Of a stretch of 48,066 nucleotides of DNA, positions 1-9,800 are shown piece by piece (the first letter of the stretch is position 1; the number at the start of each line of letters is the position of its first letter). Position numbers and translations under genes: made by a program. Under the pieces are notes generated by a model. That model did no database searches and had not been told where the DNA came from. It saw only the letters and a program-made list of their open reading frames with translations. The stretch comes from a virus (lineage: Duplodnaviria > Caudoviricetes), in the IMG/VR virus record IMGVR_UViG_3300031857_000325, positions 1 to 48,066 of that record; one strand, written 5' to 3'.

Positions 1-198
1 ATGATAGCTAGTAGAGTGATTCGTCTTACAGCAGGATGTGTTAGTAAATGTAACACACCTATTCCTTGCGTAGAAGAACCTTGTGATATTAAAATCATAC
101 CAAATCCAACAACAACAACAACTAGTACAAGTACAATAGTTCCAACAACAACTACAACTAGTAGTTCAACTAGTACAACTACCACTACGATAGTTTAA
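1..198 (+). CDS. Probably 5'-truncated Cys/Thr-rich virion protein
   Basis: Starts at the window edge; Cys-rich segment followed by a PTTTTTSTS tail like neighbouring structural ORFs. Confidence 0.6.
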   Translation: MIASRVIRLTAGCVSKCNTPIPCVEEPCDIKIIPNPTTTTTSTSTIVPTTTTTSSSTSTTTTTIV

Positions 199-220
199 AC
201 CTTTTAAAAAATAAAATAAT

Positions 221-1381
221 ATGTCCACTTGCTCAAATTGTTATAACGGATGTACAGAGATTGTCTCTGACAGATGTGTTAGATATACAGGAATAGATGT
301 TCCTGTCCTAGGAATCCAAACAGGTGATTCTTTGTCTTATGTAGAACAAGCTCTTATTACATTCCTTACATCTACATTAGATGGTACAGGAATTAAGCTT
401 GATATTCCTTCTTCAATTATTTGTGAGGTTGTTAATAAATATCTTCCTACATGTAGAGATATTAATGTATTAGATCTTTCTATAGCTCTAATAAAAGCAG
501 CTTGTGATTTACAAAATCAAATCAATGATTTAGATGATGCTATAAATGTTATAGAAGCTCCTTATACAGTTAATTGTTTAACAGGTGTTACAAGTACATC
601 AGGTACACACGCTTTGTTACAAGCTACAATTGATTCATTGTGTACATTAAGAACTAGTTTCAATGCACTTCTTATTAATATTCCAAATACATATGTTGCT
701 ATTGATGATTTAGATCAATTGATTCAAGACTATTTAGATAGTATTGGAGTTTCAACATTAATTAAAAATAGAATGGTTCCTTATTCTGCAGTTCCTTATT
801 ATGGACCTTTAACATATTTTGATGGTACAGGATCTGGAACAGGTGATTGGGTTGACATCTATCTTTGTAATGGATTAAATGGAACACCAGATTTAAGAGG
901 AAGAACATTAGTGGGAGTTACAGATGGAACAATGTTAGGAGGAACAATGGATCCACAAGTTATACCAACCACTCCAGGAAACCCTACATATTCATTAGGA
1001 ACTACACAAGGAACTAATCAAGTTACATTAAACACTACACAGATTCCTAATCATACACATATTGCCACTGTTAGCACTATTCCTAATCATACACACTACA
1101 CTGTTGCTGCTGCAACTTTTACTAGTACAAACGATAACAGTTTATTTGACGGTACTGCAACAAATAGAAATGAATGGCCTCTTACATCAAGAGCTCTTAA
1201 TGCAAGTGCTGATGCATATGATTATGAATTAACTAGTACAAATAATACAGCAAATGCTGGAAAAACTAGTGAAGCTGGAGGACATACTCACACTGTTACT
1301 AATGCCCCTATAGGAGGAGGACTTCCTCATTCAAATATTCAACCTTCTTCAGGATGTCTTTATATAATATATATTCCTTAA
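221..1381 (+). CDS. Tail fibre/appendage protein with tail-collar-like domain
   Basis: LCNGLNGTPDLRGRTLVG and GGGLPHSNIQP resemble phage tail-collar/fibre tips; HxH motifs (NHTH twice, GHTH); Cys-rich N-terminus and short coiled coil. Confidence 0.75.
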   Translation: MSTCSNCYNGCTEIVSDRCVRYTGIDVPVLGIQTGDSLSYVEQALITFLTSTLDGTGIKLDIPSSIICEVVNKYLPTCRDINVLDLSIALIKAACDLQNQINDLDDAINVIEAPYTVNCLTGVTSTSGTHALLQATIDSLCTLRTSFNALLINIPNTYVAIDDLDQLIQDYLDSIGVSTLIKNRMVPYSAVPYYGPLTYFDGTGSGTGDWVDIYLCNGLNGTPDLRGRTLVGVTDGTMLGGTMDPQVIPTTPGNPTYSLGTTQGTNQVTLNTTQIPNHTHIATVSTIPNHTHYTVAAATFTSTNDNSLFDGTATNRNEWPLTSRALNASADAYDYELTSTNNTANAGKTSEAGGHTHTVTNAPIGGGLPHSNIQPSSGCLYIIYIP

Positions 1382-1393
1382 AACTAACAAATT

Positions 1394-1936
1394 ATGAATC
1401 CTTATTTACCAGTTAACCCTTGTTGTACACCCACTCCTGTTAGCACTGGATGTCATCAATCTAATTCAGTTTCACAATGTAACAATGCTTGCTCTACAAA
1501 TTTACCTGTATCAAGTGATGTTATATATAATGGTCCTGAATTAACTTGTACATTAATTGCTCCTTGCGATACAGTGAATGTAGCGTTACAAAAAGCTGAT
1601 GCTATTATTTGTTCCTTATTAAGTCAAATTACAAGTTTGACAAACTTAGTTAATGTTTTAACAGAACAGATAGTTAACATTAATAGTGAACTTATAATAA
1701 TAGAAAATAATTTAGATGAATGTTGTAACACTACCACTACTACCACTACAGCTAGTTTGTGTAATCAATATACAATTATTGGACTATCAGGTGGTGGATT
1801 TTTTACTTACACTAATTGCGAGAGTGGATTTCAAGAGGGAGCAGTAGGTTCTGGAAATGTTGTTACATTTTGTGCAATAAGTATAGATACAGACGATAAT
1901 GTATATATAATAAATGATGGTCCATGTGTTTTATAA
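1394..1936 (+). CDS. Cys/Thr-rich putative virion fibre/decoration protein
   Basis: DVIYNGPEL motif shared with neighbours, heptad coiled coil, Thr tract, 4-Cys C-terminal module. Confidence 0.65.
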   Translation: MNPYLPVNPCCTPTPVSTGCHQSNSVSQCNNACSTNLPVSSDVIYNGPELTCTLIAPCDTVNVALQKADAIICSLLSQITSLTNLVNVLTEQIVNINSELIIIENNLDECCNTTTTTTTASLCNQYTIIGLSGGGFFTYTNCESGFQEGAVGSGNVVTFCAISIDTDDNVYIINDGPCVL

Positions 1937-1948
1937 AACTAATAAAAA

Positions 1949-2929
1949 ATGAGTAATTGTCCTCAAATAAATAATACAACAATAATAGGAACGAGTGATG
2001 TCTTTTATGATGGTCCTCAATTGCCTTGTTCTAATATAGAAACATGTGACACTTTGAATGTAGCTTTTGAAAAGTTAGATGGAGTGGTGTGTGTTATTAT
2101 AGAAGATGTAGAATCTTTAACAAATGAAGTGAATAACATTGAAGAAAATTTAGTGGATATAAATAATACATTAGTTATTATAAACAATCAATTAAATATT
2201 TGTTGTCCAACAACCACTACTACATCATCTTCTTCTACATCAACTACCACCACTTCTACTAGTTCAACTACCACTACTACCACCACAGAACCACCTCTTG
2301 ATTTAATATGTTTCTGTTTATTTTTAGAAAGTGTTGGTTGTGGAGTTCAATATTCATTCTTGCTATCAGGAAATGGTCCTTTGTTTAATGGAAGACCTAC
2401 ATACAATTTTCTTCCTTTCTTAGGATATCCTGCTCAAGTGTATTATAATGGTTCAAATTGGGTGTTCTATAGCAGTGATCTTGATCTAACTCAACCATTA
2501 ATTAATTCTAACTATTATCCAGTGGGTGATTATCTTGATTGGGGAACTGTAATTGTAACTGGTTTAATGAATTCTAGTTCACTTGGTCCTTGTCCAGAGA
2601 TTACCACTACCACTACTAGTAGCAGTAGTTCAACATCAACAACCACATCTACTAGTAGTACAACCACTACATCTACCAGTACATCTACTACAACTACAAC
2701 AACGACTGTAGAACCTACAACAACCACTACTACCACTTTTGGTGCATGTACTGAATTTGTTGCAGATGGTTCAGATGCTGGTGGAACAGTTGATTATGTT
2801 GATTGTGATAGTAATCCTGTATCACTTCCAGTAGCTCTTGGTGAGATCAGTGCTCCTTTCTGTGGGCTACTTGGTTCAGTAACAACAAATGGTCCAATAA
2901 TAAGTATAATAGGAACTTGTCCAGTTTAA
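1949..2929 (+). CDS. Cys/Thr-rich putative virion fibre protein (paralog of 1394..1936)
   Basis: DVFYDGPQLPC..I.TCDTLNVAFEK motif, coiled coil, two long Thr/Ser tracts, 4-Cys C-terminal module. Confidence 0.65.
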   Translation: MSNCPQINNTTIIGTSDVFYDGPQLPCSNIETCDTLNVAFEKLDGVVCVIIEDVESLTNEVNNIEENLVDINNTLVIINNQLNICCPTTTTTSSSSTSTTTTSTSSTTTTTTTEPPLDLICFCLFLESVGCGVQYSFLLSGNGPLFNGRPTYNFLPFLGYPAQVYYNGSNWVFYSSDLDLTQPLINSNYYPVGDYLDWGTVIVTGLMNSSSLGPCPEITTTTTSSSSSTSTTTSTSSTTTTSTSTSTTTTTTTVEPTTTTTTTFGACTEFVADGSDAGGTVDYVDCDSNPVSLPVALGEISAPFCGLLGSVTTNGPIISIIGTCPV

Positions 2930-2947
2930 TTTAAAAATCAATAAAAT

Positions 2948-3232
2948 ATGACAGTATTAATAACATTAACAATAGCAGGAACAGACAGTGGACCTTTTGA
3001 TCTTTATTCAGATCTAGATGGATATATATCAGCATTTGAAACAGGAGTGTCTAAAGCTTCTTTGTTAGCAGGGTATTCATCTGCTTTAGTTCCTGATTAT
3101 ACAACAACAATTAGAGTGAAATCTAATGGTGTATGTTTAAACTATATAGATATTCTAGTTGTAACACCAACCACTACAACTACTACTAGTAGCAGTTCTT
3201 CTACAACTACTACCACTACAACTCTACCATAA
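2948..3232 (+). CDS. Small beta-rich virion-associated protein with Thr tail
   Basis: 94 aa; aligns by eye with the N-terminus of 12716..13582 (GPF, VS..L..G, KSNGxC). Confidence 0.65.
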   Translation: MTVLITLTIAGTDSGPFDLYSDLDGYISAFETGVSKASLLAGYSSALVPDYTTTIRVKSNGVCLNYIDILVVTPTTTTTTSSSSSTTTTTTTLP

Positions 3233-3242
3233 AATAAAATAA

Positions 3243-3274
3243 AAAATCTTGTTTTGTTGGTTTTACAAGATTTT
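3243..3274. repeat. Inverted repeat just upstream of the terminator
   Basis: AAAATCTTGT (3243-3252) and ACAAGATTTT (3265-3274) with a 12-nt loop. Confidence 0.55.
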
Positions 3275-3276
3275 AT

Positions 3277-3307
3277 TCCTAGGGACAAATTGTCCCTGGG
3301 ATTTTTT
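3277..3307 (+). terminator. Intrinsic (Rho-independent) terminator
   Basis: Stem TCCTAGGGACA / TGTCCCTGGGA (one G-U pair), 3-nt loop, followed by TTTTTT; lies just downstream of the fibre gene cluster. Confidence 0.8.
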
Positions 3308-3308
3308 A

Positions 3309-3331
3309 TTTATAACTAATTTAATTATAAA
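3309..3331. promoter_or_regulatory. Imperfect palindrome, candidate regulator-binding site
   Basis: TTTATAACTAA-T-TTAATTATAAA (1 mismatch); a related copy lies at 20666-20684 at the same distance from a promoter. Confidence 0.45.
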
Positions 3332-3355
3332 GAATTAACACTCTAACTAAAATAA

Positions 3356-3388
3356 TTTGGAATTTATAAAAACAATTATTTATCTTTA
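3356..3388 (+). promoter_or_regulatory. Bacteroidota-type primary-sigma promoter (-33/-7)
   Basis: TTTG (3356-3359), 21-nt spacer, TATCTTTA (3381-3388; consensus TAnnTTTG, last base differs), 24 nt before the ATG at 3413. Confidence 0.6.
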
Positions 3389-3412
3389 CAATATTTTTAT
3401 AAAAATTAGTTT

Positions 3413-4639
3413 ATGTCTGACAATCAATCGTTGTTATTCCAATTGCAAGAATTGCTACATTGGAAAAAAAGTAAAAAAGTTTATGCTGAAAAATTAGGCA
3501 TAACTGAAGAAGAAGTTTCAGAGTTACTAAAGGAGCTTAAAAAGAAAAAAGAATTTGAAAATTTTATAGATGATGTAAATATAAATTCTTCAACAAGAAA
3601 AATAAATAATGAAAAAGGTACAATAGAAAGTACATTGGTATTAGACTTTGAACCTAAGAATGATATTGAATTAGCAGCATTACATAAAATAGACCTTAAT
3701 AAATACATTATTACAAACTACTGGTCTAAACTATTACCAAACGGTAAATTTACTTCCTCTGTTTTTTCCAAAAGAAAACAACCACAAGATTATTCTCCAG
3801 AAGACTTTGCTAAATTTTTAGAAAACTACAAACCAAATAATATAGAGATTACAAAACCAGGAGTTAGCTCTAATAAAGATTTTGTAAATGTGGAAATATC
3901 CCTCTCTGATTATCATCTAGCTAAAAGAACTATTGATGGTGACAATAGTCCACAAACAAGAGCATTAAGATATTTCAATGTGGTCCAATCTTTGATCTGT
4001 AAAGTGAATGCTAATTACAATATAGACACTATAGTTTTTCCAATATCAAATGATTTCTTTCACACTGATAACTATCAACATAACACTACAAACGGTACTC
4101 CACAAGATACTATAATGGATTATGCTGATGAGTATGAACTAGGTTTTACAATTCTTGTTGATGCAATTAATCTATTAAGACAGTATTCAAATCAAGTGGT
4201 AGTAGTTCTTGTACAAGGAAATCATGACAGAACTAAATCTTTCTACCTAGCACATGCACTAGATGTATTCTTTAAAGATGCATATGATGTAGACTTTATA
4301 AGAGAACATAGTGTAGTTAAAGGAATAACGTTAGGTAATACATTTATTGGTTGGCACCACGGTAACTGTAAGATAGAAGATCTTCCATTATTGTTTGCAA
4401 CGCATCCTCAGTATAGTTCTCAATTTGGGAATGCTGTATATAGAGAAGTTCATACAGGTGATAAACATCACTATATGGCTAAAGAGGTGAAGGGAGTTAG
4501 AATACAACAAATGCCTAGTCTTTCAGGTACTGATAGATGGCACTTAGATAATAACTATGTACATTCAGTGAGAGCAGCTTTAGCTTTAGTTTATGACAAA
4601 GAGCTAGGTAAAATTGCTGAATTTGAAAGTCGAATATAA
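3413..4639 (+). CDS. Calcineurin-like metallophosphoesterase with N-terminal HTH-like segment
   Basis: Motifs SDYH, NDFFH, GNHD, WHHG and GDKHH in canonical order; N-terminal KKVYAEKLGITEEEVSELL resembles an HTH. Confidence 0.8.
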   Translation: MSDNQSLLFQLQELLHWKKSKKVYAEKLGITEEEVSELLKELKKKKEFENFIDDVNINSSTRKINNEKGTIESTLVLDFEPKNDIELAALHKIDLNKYIITNYWSKLLPNGKFTSSVFSKRKQPQDYSPEDFAKFLENYKPNNIEITKPGVSSNKDFVNVEISLSDYHLAKRTIDGDNSPQTRALRYFNVVQSLICKVNANYNIDTIVFPISNDFFHTDNYQHNTTNGTPQDTIMDYADEYELGFTILVDAINLLRQYSNQVVVVLVQGNHDRTKSFYLAHALDVFFKDAYDVDFIREHSVVKGITLGNTFIGWHHGNCKIEDLPLLFATHPQYSSQFGNAVYREVHTGDKHHYMAKEVKGVRIQQMPSLSGTDRWHLDNNYVHSVRAALALVYDKELGKIAEFESRI

Positions 4640-4641
4640 TT

Positions 4642-5367
4642 ATGGCAACATTAAGAAAATTAATATCAGATGTGCGTTCTATGCACAAGATTTTATCAAC
4701 AGATTCTTTAATTACAGATAGAGCAATTGCTTCTGAGATAAGAAACAACTCTCTATTGTTAATTAAGAGAGAGACAAATCTTAGAAAACTTTGGGCCACT
4801 GATACAGTGTTTACAACTATTCCTTGTTTGGAAATGGTTGAGGTTCCTATTTCTGAATGTTGTGAGTATGTTGATGAGTGTACAATAGCAAGAACAAAGT
4901 TTAAAATTCCAGGTATAGCAGAAGGTAATTACCAATATGTAATACAAGGGGTTTATTCAATAAATGCATTAGGAGGTAAAGGAAAAAAATTAAAAGAAAT
5001 AACTGTTAACAGATATATCAATTTATTAAAACTTCCTATCATTAAGAAAGAAGAATATTATTGGATTACAAATGAATATTTATATGTAAACAATCCAATG
5101 ATTAAATCTATTAGATTTGTAGCTTTGTTTGAAAAAGATATTCCAAATGAAATTATGTATCCAGAATGTGGATGTGGAACAAATGTAACAGATGAAGAAT
5201 GGTGTAAAAATCCTTTAGATAAAGAATTTGCTCTTCCTGGATATCTGGAAAAAGATGTTCTTGAGCTCACTTCTAAGAAGTTATTACAAACATACTTCTC
5301 TATTAAAACAGATGTTAGTCAAGAAGGAATAGATGGTCAAGCTCCAAACTCAAAACCAACTAATTAA
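4642..5367 (+). CDS. Putative tail ring/connector structural protein
   Basis: 241 aa; first gene of the ring-HU-tubular-stabilisation block; assignment from synteny and size. Confidence 0.5.
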   Translation: MATLRKLISDVRSMHKILSTDSLITDRAIASEIRNNSLLLIKRETNLRKLWATDTVFTTIPCLEMVEVPISECCEYVDECTIARTKFKIPGIAEGNYQYVIQGVYSINALGGKGKKLKEITVNRYINLLKLPIIKKEEYYWITNEYLYVNNPMIKSIRFVALFEKDIPNEIMYPECGCGTNVTDEEWCKNPLDKEFALPGYLEKDVLELTSKKLLQTYFSIKTDVSQEGIDGQAPNSKPTN

Positions 5368-5843
5368 TGAGTAGAACAAAAATTGATTGGAGATCTTCCA
5401 GTAAAGAAAACTACAATGATTTCTGTAAAAAGAATCCATTAATCAAATTAAGCTTTGATCAATGGAAAAACATTATTTATAAATTTAATGATTCTTTTAG
5501 AAACCACATTTTAGAAACTGGAGAAAAAATAAAAATGCCAAATGGTTTTGGAGAATTTTCAATTAATAAAAAGAAGAGAAGAAAAAAGAAAGGATTGAAT
5601 GATGAATTTGTAAATTTACCAATTGACTGGCAAAAAACTAGAGAAAAAGGAAAGGTTATTTACAATTTTAATTACCACACAGAAGGGTATTTTTTTGGAT
5701 GGATGTGGTTTAAAAAAACAGCAAGGTTTAGAAATTCTGAGTTTTGGTATTTTAAAGCTTGTAGATTTACATCAAGATTAATCAATCATTATATTAAAAC
5801 AGACGATAAATATCAACACATCTATAAAGAGTGGAAATCCTAA
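5367..5843 (+). CDS. HU/IHF-like DNA-binding protein
   Basis: Basic protein; ILETGEKIKMPNGFGEFSINKKK resembles the HU/IHF 'GxxVxLxGFGxF' signature; IHF-like genes are known in crAss-like tail modules. Confidence 0.65.
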   Translation: MSRTKIDWRSSSKENYNDFCKKNPLIKLSFDQWKNIIYKFNDSFRNHILETGEKIKMPNGFGEFSINKKKRRKKKGLNDEFVNLPIDWQKTREKGKVIYNFNYHTEGYFFGWMWFKKTARFRNSEFWYFKACRFTSRLINHYIKTDDKYQHIYKEWKS

Positions 5844-5847
5844 TATT

Positions 5848-6816
5848 ATGAGTTACTATTATAAATACCAGTTTATATCACCAGAGCCAGTTTATGCCAC
5901 TGTTAAAGAGGAACTTAAAAGTTACTTTGATACAGGTGCAATAGATGATCTTTTATTCCCTACTTATTTAGACAAAGCACTAAGAAAGTTAGGAAGAACA
6001 ACTTATGTTATACATGAACAAGTTTTGTTTATTGAAGACTTTCAAGCAAGACTTCCAGATAACTTTTATGCTGTTAGAGAAGCTTGGATGTGTGTTGAGA
6101 TTCCTGGATATCCATATCAAACAGCTAATTCATTTTATTCTCAAGCAGCAAATGCTACAACAATACAAGTGAGTCCTGTTGTATCAAATGGTGTTCCATG
6201 TACAAATTTAGAATGTACAACAGGATGTCCTGATTGTATGCCAGAATTAGTACAAGCTGTATACAAAACAAATAATCAAGTGGCTAGAAGTTTTAGACAT
6301 GAATATTTATTACAACCAGGAAATATATCAGCAAAACAAAATTGTGATGTTGAATATACATCTAATTGGGATTATGAAATAGGAGTTTCTCCTGTGCGTG
6401 AATTCACTCCAGGATCTGCTAGTTATGACTCATTTGACATTAGAGATAATAAATTTGTTACCAACTTCAGAAGTGGTGTTGTTCATTTATTGTTCTATGC
6501 TACAGAATATGATGGAGTGGGTAATCAATTAATTCCAGATAACTATCGTATTAGAGAATATGTTGAAGCGTTTCTTAAATTCAAAATATTTGAAACTTTA
6601 ACAAATCAAACTAATGATGAAACATTCAATCAGCTTCAACAAAAAATGATGTACCATAAACAAATGTATGAAGAAGCATTTATTATGGCTGATATTGAAA
6701 CTAAGAAACAAACTCCTTGGGAAAAACAAAGAAGAATTAAAAACGATCTTAATAGATTTAATATGTATGAACTTCCTAACAGAACAAATCGTTATGGAAG
6801 AAGACGTAATAATTAA
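5848..6816 (+). CDS. Putative tail tubular/ring protein
   Basis: Lies between the HU-like gene and the stabilisation gene; FDIRDNKFVTNF..G.VHLLFYA...LIPDN segment followed by a helical C-terminus; call mainly from synteny. Confidence 0.55.
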   Translation: MSYYYKYQFISPEPVYATVKEELKSYFDTGAIDDLLFPTYLDKALRKLGRTTYVIHEQVLFIEDFQARLPDNFYAVREAWMCVEIPGYPYQTANSFYSQAANATTIQVSPVVSNGVPCTNLECTTGCPDCMPELVQAVYKTNNQVARSFRHEYLLQPGNISAKQNCDVEYTSNWDYEIGVSPVREFTPGSASYDSFDIRDNKFVTNFRSGVVHLLFYATEYDGVGNQLIPDNYRIREYVEAFLKFKIFETLTNQTNDETFNQLQQKMMYHKQMYEEAFIMADIETKKQTPWEKQRRIKNDLNRFNMYELPNRTNRYGRRRNN

Positions 6817-6821
6817 TCATT

Positions 6822-9800
6822 ATGGCAGAAGAAACACAACAAGGAAATATAAGACAAGAGTTTAATAGTGCTAATGTAGGGCTTAATATGGATCAAACTT
6901 TGAACCAAATTAAACCAGGTACATTAACTTATGCATTAAATGCTACTGTAGAAAACTTTGATGCTAGTTCTGTAAATTATCAGAATGAGCCAGGTAATGA
7001 ATTATGTATTAGTTTTCCTAATGGGTTTTCATTAATTGGTAGTCACTTTATTCAAGAAAAAAACAAACAAATTTTCTTCTTAGTAAACTCTTCTACAGGA
7101 GAAAGTGAAATAGGACAAATGATTAACAATGATTGTGTTTACAGAAAAATTGTAAATGCTAATTGTTTAAATTTTAACATCAACTATCCAATCCATAAAG
7201 TGGTTCATAGAATAACAAATTGTTCTACAGAAATTTATTGGACAGATGGACTTAATGTTAGAAGATATTTAGATATTGATAATGTTCCTTACATCACAGA
7301 AATTGTTCCAAATAGTTGTGATACATTTACATTAGATGAACTAGATTGTAATAAAATAAAAGTTCAACCTAATTTCAATATTCCACAACTAGAGGTGATT
7401 GATGTTGTATCTGGAGGAGATTTAATTGCAGGTACATATCAATTTGCTATACAATATTCAGATGCAGAAAGTAATGCTTACACGTCCTATCATTCTGTAA
7501 CAAATCCTTGCCCTATTGCAGATCCTGATTTCACTACAGTTAATTTTAATTATCCTGTAGGTAAATCAGTAGTTATTAATATTTCAAACTTAGATGTAAC
7601 AGGTACATTTAGATATTTTAATTTAGCTGTTATTAAAACAATTAATAATATTACTTCTGTACAATTAATAGGAACTTACAATATTGATAATTCAACAAAA
7701 CAGATTACATATACAGGACAAAATAAATCAAGTGAAGATCTTTCTATAAATGATATATTTCAAAAATATCCTTATTATGATGTAGCACAAGATGTCACTG
7801 TTGTACAAGATATTCTTGTATGGGATCAACTTACAACTATTGATAGAGTTAATTATCAACAAATAGCAAATCAAATTTCTCTACAATGGGAAACTTGGAG
7901 AATACCTGCTACAGAAAATTATGCTGATGAATTAAATGCTACAAACTTACGTGGGTATTTACGTGATGAAATTTATCCATTTGAGATTGTATTCTTATTG
8001 AAGAATGGAAAACAAACAGATGGATTTCATATTCCAGGAAGAGAAAAAAACAGTAATGAAATTTTTCAACCAGATATTCCATTTACAGATCCTGATTTTA
8101 TTGGTACTCCTGATCCATTAACATTATCTAGTCCTTATTGGAAAATATATAACACAGCATCTGTTCTAGGTTTAGATCCAAACTTTTCAAATGATTCTAA
8201 TTACAAAGGACCATACCAATATGGTGATTTTGCTTATTGGGAATCTTTAGAAGAATATCCATGTAATAAAGAAGTGTGGGGAGATTTAGCAGGAACTCCT
8301 ATAAGACATCATAAATTTCCAGATGTATTAGTTAGTCCATTTTATGAATCAACAACTCCTCAAATTGTTTCAGATAGATATCAAGTGCAATACCAAACAA
8401 GTAATGCAATTTATCCAATAGGTGTAAAGGTTGATATTGACCAACTTAAAACTTTAATAGCTAATTCAAATCTTTCTAAAGAAGAAAAAGCAGACATTGT
8501 AGGATTTAAAATAGTTAGAGGAGATAGAAGTACAAATAGATCTATTGTTGCTAAAGGTATGCTTCGTAATGTGGGAAGCTATGAAAGAAAACAAGAAACT
8601 TTCTACTATCCAAACTATCCATATAATGATCTTAATGAAGATCCTTTCTTAGGAGCAACTAATAATGCATTTCAAGATGTATGTCAATCTTTTGATATTG
8701 TTGTTCGTAAACTTAATAAAGAAGATGAATTAGGTCCTTATATAGAAATTAAATATACAGATTGTAATACAAATAAACCTATAACAGAAAAAATTAGAAG
8801 ATTATATTTAGACGATGATCCTTATAGAGTTTGTTCAATTACAAAACCTACATTTTTAGGAGAAGGTGTTTTTGATAAAATAGAACAACAAAGAGGAAGA
8901 AGAGGTCCTATTGCATATGGATATGCACCTTATCAAATAAATCCTAATTCTGGTGCTGGTAATTATGTACCTGAAGATAAAAAGTGTACAGCATATTCTA
9001 GATATTCTAACTATGATATATGGATTGTAGCAGCTGAAAATGGTAGAGCAGGTATGGCAGCATGCTGGAATGATGCTGTAGAAGGAAACATTGAAGGTCC
9101 TTGGCTTAGTTCTGGTAGAGGATTGAGGATATATGTTAGAGAAGGAACTAGTCCTACTTTATGTAGAGGAAATAGAAAAAACTTTGAGTTTATAGGAGAA
9201 GTGAGAGTAGAAGATTGTGAAATTTTTACACCTCTTCCTCCTTTATCACCATCTCTTGCAAATAGACAAATATTTAATTCTCCTGAAACATCTTTTGGTC
9301 AACCATTCTTAGGTGATGTATTAAAACTTGAAAATGTAATGTTTGGTGCTGGAAGAGCTCATTTTGTTGAAGTGAGAAATAATGCTAAGTATAGACTGCT
9401 AAGTAAAGAGGCACAGCAAGTTGCATTAAATAGTTCTTCAAATATTGCTGGAGGAGATATTGTTGCATTGTTTGCAGCATATCAAGCATATTTAACAATA
9501 TATGTTAATGGAATAACAAGAAAGAATTATGCTTATTCATTTAATTCAATTGCTAGTTATTCTCATTCTTCTGAAATAAATAATAATTTAGGAATAAAAC
9601 AAAGAACTCTTGATATAAAAAGATATTTAATTCCTGGTGTTCAAAACGTAGGAGATAATAATAACATTAATAATTTTAATAGAGAAACTTCTGTTTACAT
9701 AAAAACAGATGAAGATAAACCTTTTTTACCCTTTCCAAGTAAGACAAACTCTTTAATGTATTTAGGAAATTCATTAATTGAAGATTATTCTAGATTTACA

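Noticed and set aside
2530-2736. Minus-strand poly-Val ORF (also 11321..11503)
   Set aside because: It is the antisense reading of Thr codon tracts in real + strand genes.
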